A DNA stretch of 48,692 bases, counting the filler, from Bipalium vagum (taxonomy: Eukaryota), in NCBI GenBank assembly GCA_037834085.1. It is 2 parts of 2 records of this genome, joined end to end, with 100 filler letters (N's around TTAATTAATTAA, not from the genome) between each part and the next. Parts side by side here need not be neighbours in the genome. Positions count along the whole stretch, not along the records: positions 22,690 to 48,692 come from JBBMKC010165654.1; 1 more part is not named here. One strand, given 5' to 3'. The notes under the pieces were generated by a model. It was not told the origin of the DNA. It made no database searches and worked only from the letters and a program-made list of their open reading frames with translations. A program made the translations under genes and the position numbers. Below are positions 41,580 to 48,692 of this stretch, one piece after another (the first letter of the stretch is position 1; every line of letters begins with the position of its first letter).

Positions 41580-41741
41580 AAATTTATGATTGTCTTATTC
41601 TGAAATATTGAAAGAAATTTGGCCATAATCACAGCGGTTGTGGGTTGTAATTATCTGCTTTTCAATTAAGTAATTACTAGCAGATTCTTCGGATGAAAAA
41701 ATAACAAAAAGATCTAAAATTTTTGGAATTGATAGATTCAT
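41580..41741 (-). mobile_element. Possible Merlin/IS1595-like transposase N-terminal fragment
   Basis: MNLSIPKILDLFVIFSSEESASNYLIEKQIITTHNRC resembles the Merlin N-terminus ahead of its Zn ribbon. No catalytic part is visible. Confidence 0.4.
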
Positions 41742-44700
41742 TTTACTAAAATTTAAATATAAATTTTGATAATACAATCTCTATTTAGACTTACATAGCA
41801 AGGTTTTTCAAAAAATATTTTTGAATTTTTAAAAAATCTAAAAATTTACTATGATTAAATTATTGTATTTAAACAAAATGGGAGTAAACCAAATTTATTT
41901 CATTAAAATTATTATTAAATAGTAATCGTTTGGTTCTTTAATTCAAAAACCAATAAAAGGGATGACTTGATATAATCAATAATTTAACTATTTTTATCCT
42001 CAGACAAAAAATCGATAAAAATAAATAAAAATTTAATTTCCACTCGATAATTACTTTCGCATTAACAATTATTGAAATTGTTGCAAATGAAAATATCATA
42101 TTTCATATTTCTACAGAGAATAAGGAGACAATAATTAAATAAGATGATAAAAGTAAGAAAACAAAAAACAAAAAAAACTAAGTTAGAAACAAATGTCGAG
42201 GAATCTTTTCTAGATTGGGGAACTTTTAGCGTTTTCTGTAGTCTCAAAACGACTGTCTCCCCCGGAAATCAAAACGGAAAATTGATAATGAAATGTTCAA
42301 AAAACACATTCAAAAGCTCTCACGAGTGCACGTTGAACAGTCTTAATAAAATTGATATTTTATTGCATTTCCCAGACGAAATTTCTTGAGTATCTTTCGC
42401 CTCGCAATGCTTGAAATCCACTTTATTCTGATTTTCCTCCATGCTCGGGCAGAATGTCGATCAAACCCGATGAATTCAATTAAAAACCGCTTTTCACCAT
42501 TTTCTCCGGGAAGAAGAAAATTGATATCAAAACTAATGGACCTTTCAGTGTGGAAACCAAATCGAATTCATTTTCCCTTTTGTACATATAAATATATTTC
42601 ATTCTCAACGGTTTCGAATTTTGTTTTAATAAAGGGAATTAATTATAACCCATTGTATTTGTTTTAATCATCTTTTGCGGGCGATAATTAAAAATAAATT
42701 GATTTATTTTCATCGAGCTGACGAAATTCCAAAATAATAAAGTATTCCGTTAATGTTAATTAATATTGAATCAGTGCATTTAAACAAAATAATTATATTT
42801 TATTATCATTAGTTATTTATCGTTTTTATTGGATCACTGTTTTCTTACGAATATTTGACTTGTGTAAAAAATTGTGGAGACGCCCTTTCTTCATTTCAAA
42901 AAGCTCTTTTTACAGCTGAACATTGGAAAATAATATTTCTGAATAATTAATAATAATATCTTTATTTGGTTTTCCTCGAAGTATCCGTTTTGTCGATTGT
43001 TAAAGTACACTTGCCCAGGCTGAATATTGTGAAGAAAGGCCTATTTTGAATTAATATAATGTACGTTTGGGTTCATTTACTGAAAACCCCCCATATCAAG
43101 TTTTCCGGTCAGTTTGGTCAATGAATACCGTTTGGCATCGCTATGTACATGTTATACTGTTCTCCCTCCCAAGGGGCAGGAATAGCTTCGTGTTATCTCA
43201 GCTCCCATTGACGGTGTTTTTGTTATTAAAAATCCCACTGCAGCGACATGGAAATGATGACCGAGTGATAACGCCTTACACATGTCAGTTTTGAAATTGG
43301 GAAATTATATTATTAATTAAATATTAATATATTAAAATTAATTTATAAAAATAGCAACTCTTAAGGGGTTAGTTGGAGCCACAAAGTCTAAGTTTCATTT
43401 GATCTGATTGAATTTATTTTAGTAAGAAAAAAGAGTTAGTTCAGTGAACTTAATAAACTTTGGAGAAACTATTTCATTTGTGATTAATAATTAAATCGCG
43501 AATTATAATTATAATTTTGATCTTTATTGATTTTTTTTATCTTACCGAAGGTTTAGGACTGCTGACCTCCCCTCCATGAGTCCTAGTCAGGAAATTATAT
43601 TACTTATTGCTAAATCATGAGACATGATAAGGACTCAAAAACAGATTTTATTTTATGACACTTTGTTTTTTCATGTTTTTGTTTGGATCACTAAAGACGC
43701 GCACACTAGACTTTAAGGTCACCAATAGTTAATAATATTATTATTATTAATATTAATAATAATAATAATAAATTAATAATAATAATAATAAATGTAATTA
43801 ATTAAGTTTTATTTAATAATCGTACTTTTATGGGAAAAATCAGTGGTAATTTATTATAATATTCTGTGATATAATTTTTTTTGCTTTTATGACTTAGGAT
43901 ATAGGGTAATTTCGGAACATCTAATACGGGATGTGTTCAGGGAGCTATAGAAAGTCCTTTCTTGACTCAGTTAAGAAGGTATTATCTTTTTCTGCGTGTG
44001 TCCTGTGCAGTTGAAGATTGACAAACAAAAAAAGCACCAAACTGCTGCCAATGACTAACGAAGAAAACCGCTGACGAGGAAATCTAAGAAAAAAAAGCCA
44101 AAAGATGATGGAAAAGAAAAATACTAAACAAAGTGATAAATTCCAAAAACCGACGAATATGGTCACAAAGTGTTTTAATAAAAAAAGTGTTTTATATTTC
44201 ATTTTGATCTTCGTCTGGCTTTAAATGTTCTCTTTTATCTTCTCGCTAAATTCAAAAAGATAAATTTGTATTATTCGTCGATCAAACCAAATTAACCATT
44301 TTTTCTGTGTTACTATTCTTCTTTGTCGAAAAGGGGAACTTTCAGCTCAAAACTTTTCTAACTTCTCACTTCGTTAATATCGTGTTCGTTCAATTTAAAC
44401 TACTACACAAATCTATCATTTGTTAAATCAAAATAACCTCAATAAAAAACTTATATCAGTTCACACCAAAGTGGATCGAAACAATCACAGAAATACTTTA
44501 TTACAGTTTTTACAATTTACAATAACACAATCAATAATCACTGATATCTCAATAAATGTTCAAGGTTCAGAAAAAAATAAACTAAAAATACTCAAATATA
44601 TCACTCAAATATCAATCGAATATCAATTAGATAAAATATCGAAACGTTAATGAAATTTTAATAAAATTAAATTAAAGTAAATTAAATAAAAATAATAAGG

Positions 44701-45172
44701 AAGAAAAAAACTGTCTCACCTTGAGTGACAATGAGTTCCCAATGAGTTACCCTGTTCGATCACCTATCGATTCCAAAGGTCGATGGGTCTCATTGAAAAA
44801 CCTGCTGCGAATCGGTTGTAATAATAAAAATGTTTACAAAAATTTCTTCGGATGGTCGATTTTCCTTAAAATAATCTTCTTCCTCGTACTGCTTTCAAAG
44901 AAAAAGAAATAGTATTTTTCCAATTGATCAAATTGAACCACAAAAAAGAATCTTTGTTTATTCGTTGTTGAGCGAATTTCTGATTGAAATATTCACATTA
45001 TATAGTCGTTGAAATTGGTCTAAGACCGCTAATGTCTACCTTTGGAAGACTCTTTCCTTTAATAGCTTTCTAATTTGAAGATTTATTTCTTTTAATATCT
45101 CGACGTTTAGATAAAATTATTTTTATTATTATTAAGTTATTACTAAATCTATTTCATTACCTCGATGGCGAT

Positions 45173-45243
45173 ATTATATTATAATTATTATTATATTATA
45201 ATTATTATTATATTATAATTATTATTATATTATAATTATTATT
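45173..45243. repeat. 17-bp AT-only minisatellite, about 4 copies
   Basis: Unit ataattattattatatt starts at 45181, 45198, 45215 and 45232 (partial). Confidence 0.9.
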
Positions 45244-48200
45244 GAACCTTGTGATCTCGTGCACTTGGCGAACAGAGTACTTGTGTCTCTTTCATATGGT
45301 ATCGATCTTTCACAACTTCTAAATATCGAGCTGTATATATATGATTGATAAGTCTATCAATTTCAGTCAAACGTATCACAATATCGTAATAACCGGATTG
45401 TTCCTAATGATATCCCAAAGTACTTCAAAAACTTTCAGAATGTCTCAGTAATATTACGATATCACAACCTCGATTTTTCAGATGAATAAAGGAAATCAAA
45501 TTTCTAAGTATTTAGAATCAAACTTTATTTATCACACCAATTTAAAATTTGGAAGATCTTTTAAAGCAGCTCTCAATCAATCCGATCCAATCAATCCAAA
45601 CTGGGAGCTTATATCCTACTTTAAAATTAACCCATATTCCAGCAAATTAATATCTCATTAGAAAATTGATTACCAGATAATCTCACATAATAAAATGAAT
45701 TCTGAACAGTATCCATAAGTTTCAAGAGTTTCAAATGTTGATCGACCTTTCAATAGGCATGTTTGCGATGAAGTATCTTTAATTAATCTAAAATGAAGTT
45801 CCCATGATTTTATATTTATACAGCTTAAAAAATTAAAACCACAATTGCTCTCATTTGTCTTACTAAAGATTACAAGATACAAACTTTTTTTAAATTATCA
45901 TTAATAACCTTTCAACCACAACCCTCGACATTTACTTTCCTTGGTAAGTAATTAGAAACACTTATTTTTATCAGGGTTAAATAATATTTAATTAAACCCA
46001 ATTTAACACAACTTCATACCTCGTGATTGGCCAGTCAAACTGCCAATCATTATGTACTTACTATAAATAATAATTAATAAAATCTTCTAAAAATAGTTTT
46101 GGTCCTCTGCTGATTTTCACTCATTTATCGATTCTTTGACAGATTTCGACATTGCTAGAATAAAATAATTATTTTTATAAACATTCAAAATATTACTAAA
46201 ATTGTTGATAATATATTAAATGGAAATCTTAAAATTAATTTATTAATAATTTAATAAAATATTGAAGTGTAATACCCGAAAAAAGGTGATAATAAAGAAT
46301 AATTTGACAGATTTTTATAAATAATATAAAATTTATTCCGCCTTTCAAAGATGAAATCTTTATGAATAAGGATGGATGGTACTTGGACTGGAAGGTTTAC
46401 AATACAGTCAATTATAAAAATACAAGTTTGAATTGGTTGTTTTATTCAAGCACAGAAGAGTATTAAAATCAAATTTGGATGGGGGGGCTTTTAAAAAGAA
46501 ATCAATGATATTTTTAATAAACAGTAAAAACACAACAAAACAAATTCAATAACACTTAATTAATCGAAGCCTAATCAAAATTTATCCGATATCCATATTT
46601 TCATATAATATTTTTCCAAATTACTATTCCAAATCAGAAGCCCCTGAAATCTTGGATCTCAAGTTCAAATGGCATTGAACTGTACATGACACTGATCAAC
46701 TAATTATTCTATTAATTATATATTTCCCATGCGTTTCATTACCATTTTGACATTTAATGAACTGGTTATGAACTATGTAAAATAGCGGGGATACTTCGAA
46801 AATAATAATAATAAATTCTGCTTTTTATTTATGATTCTCGGATCATGCTTGGAGAACGGGAATGGTATCGTGACCATTAGGTGGATGATAATCAGATTAC
46901 ATGGGGACATGGCCAACTGTAATGTGCATATCTTTTCTGGTCTTGGGATATAAGATCTCAGGACTTATGCATCATTTTCTGTAATATTAATAATGTTAAA
47001 GTATCGGTCATTTTCCCGTTTCCGGAAATACTAAGGATAATCATTAATAATTCAAGTATAGCGTCTGACTATGGTTGAGTAGTTGAAAAGTGGTGCAGTT
47101 GATGACCATTGCTAACCCAAGTAGTCTTTGAATTATCATTAAAAAGTTCACACAAACAGTCAAACGGTTAAGAACAGTTAAACGGTCTAATGATTTCAGG
47201 TGCTTGTTTTGACTGAAGACAACAAAATTTTTTTTTACAACGCTAAACACGATAAGGGACACAAACACAGCCATATTTTAGGGGCTTAATTCGAACCCTT
47301 AAGCAGCAACCTTTAAAATCATTTATCTAATAAGACTTTTAGATTATGAATGATCTTATTCATCATAAATAAACACAACCTTTGAAGGTCTCACACAGGG
47401 ACAGACCTTTATGTTTCTAATAGTTATTATCGCTTCTCTACGTTTTATCCTCTTTCTTGGTAGATCATGAAACAAAATGTGTGGAACAGAAATCTAACTC
47501 TAAAAGAAATTTACTTTTCATTCTGAACAGTTCATATTTTACAGAAGATTTAAAAATATTAAAAAAAAATAAATAATCATTATTGAGAAAAATAAATAAA
47601 TATTAAATATTAAAAAATATATTAAAAAATTATAAAAAAGAAATAAAAATAAAAATATACGTATTATTTGTTTTGTTCTTCGAAGATATCCGTAGGTATA
47701 ACCTTCTTATCAAATAATAAAAATAAAATAATAATAATTTATACAAATAATCTATTGGCAAAAAGATTTAAATACTCAACAAATTATTAAAACAAAAATA
47801 GTGCTTAGTTTTGGTAATATCTCAAATATGACAATTAATTATTAAAAGAGCGAGGTAAATTCTAATTTAAATAAAATTAATTTGAATTAAACAAAATAAA
47901 TTGAATGAAGAATATTTGAGTCCTGAAGATCTTTGAGTACTTAATTAATTTTAATTAATTTTTTTACATTATTTATTTATATTAAAAATATTTTCCAATA
48001 TTTATTAAGTTTCAATTTAGTATATTATTTTTATTTATTATTAATTAATTCATTAATTAATTAAATATTTTTAAAATATTTGAATGATGAGTGAAGACTG
48101 AGTGTTTGTAATAAACCTTCACTATTTTCTTATAAAACTATTATAATTGTAAATAAGAAGACCAAAAGGGGAAATTGACCAAAAACGTTTTTCACCACTG

Positions 48201-48599
48201 AATATAAGTCGAACCTGTTTCGATTATGCAATAGGAGAACGATCACTAAACTCACGTAACATTTACTTAATGTCCCTTTTCCATTTAGAAATTCAGATTT
48301 AATTATATTTTTATTGCATTTTAATCTTTCATTTTCATTTAGGCATGATGAATGAAAGTTTCCACTGTAAGTCTCAATTCAGCAAAACAAATATATATTT
48401 TTCCACAAATCCATTTAATATTCTATTGTATTATATTGGCCTTATTTTCCCACTTTTGACATCTGTAATTATCCAAAACATTAACAAGAATAAATGAGTT
48501 TTTCTGTTGCAAATTAATGTTTGAAATGTCAAGAGACATTGGGAAATGTTTCCGAATGAAGATCAGTGACTAATAGCTCGTTCGGTGAATTTTCAGAGT

Positions 48600-48614
48600 C
48601 ATTAATATTATTAT

Positions 48615-48676
<62 letters not shown>

Positions 48677-48692
48677 TTATTATTATTATTAT
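48600..48692. repeat. (AAT)n/(ATT)n microsatellite running off the window end
   Basis: AAT run switching to an ATT run, forming an inverted pair. Confidence 0.9.

Overview
Very AT-rich eukaryotic, almost certainly metazoan, genomic DNA (roughly a quarter GC by eye) with one scaffold gap. Two spliced genes, both on the minus strand, can be rebuilt exon by exon with GT-AG introns and continuous frames. They are a 9-exon CFP1/CXXC1 orthologue (COMPASS subunit, 812 aa, 986-4666) and a 9-exon porphobilinogen synthase (ALAD/hemB, 336 aa, 12761-15539). Eleven of their 16 introns are only 41-51 nt. The other ~33 kb (15.6-48.7 kb) has no recognisable host gene. It holds many decayed cut-and-paste transposons (several mariner lineages, Tc3-like, rosa/DD41D-like, maT/DD37D-like, DD37E-like, pogo/Tigger, an IS630/Tc1-derived MITE and a possible Merlin), AAT microsatellites and GC-richer non-coding islands that look regulatory. 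Composition, tiny introns and mariner load would fit a flatworm-like invertebrate, but the taxon cannot be fixed from sequence alone. I see no prokaryotic system, CRISPR array, tRNA or rRNA. The best leads are a CFP1 CXXC finger lacking its CpG-reading loop, candidate micro-exons in the CFP1 C-terminal region, a transposon whose 5' end is replaced by an inverted copy of its 3' end, and a 26-bp templated duplication at a transposon junction. Most entries in the supplied ORF track are spurious. Family assignments come from recalled motifs, not database searches.
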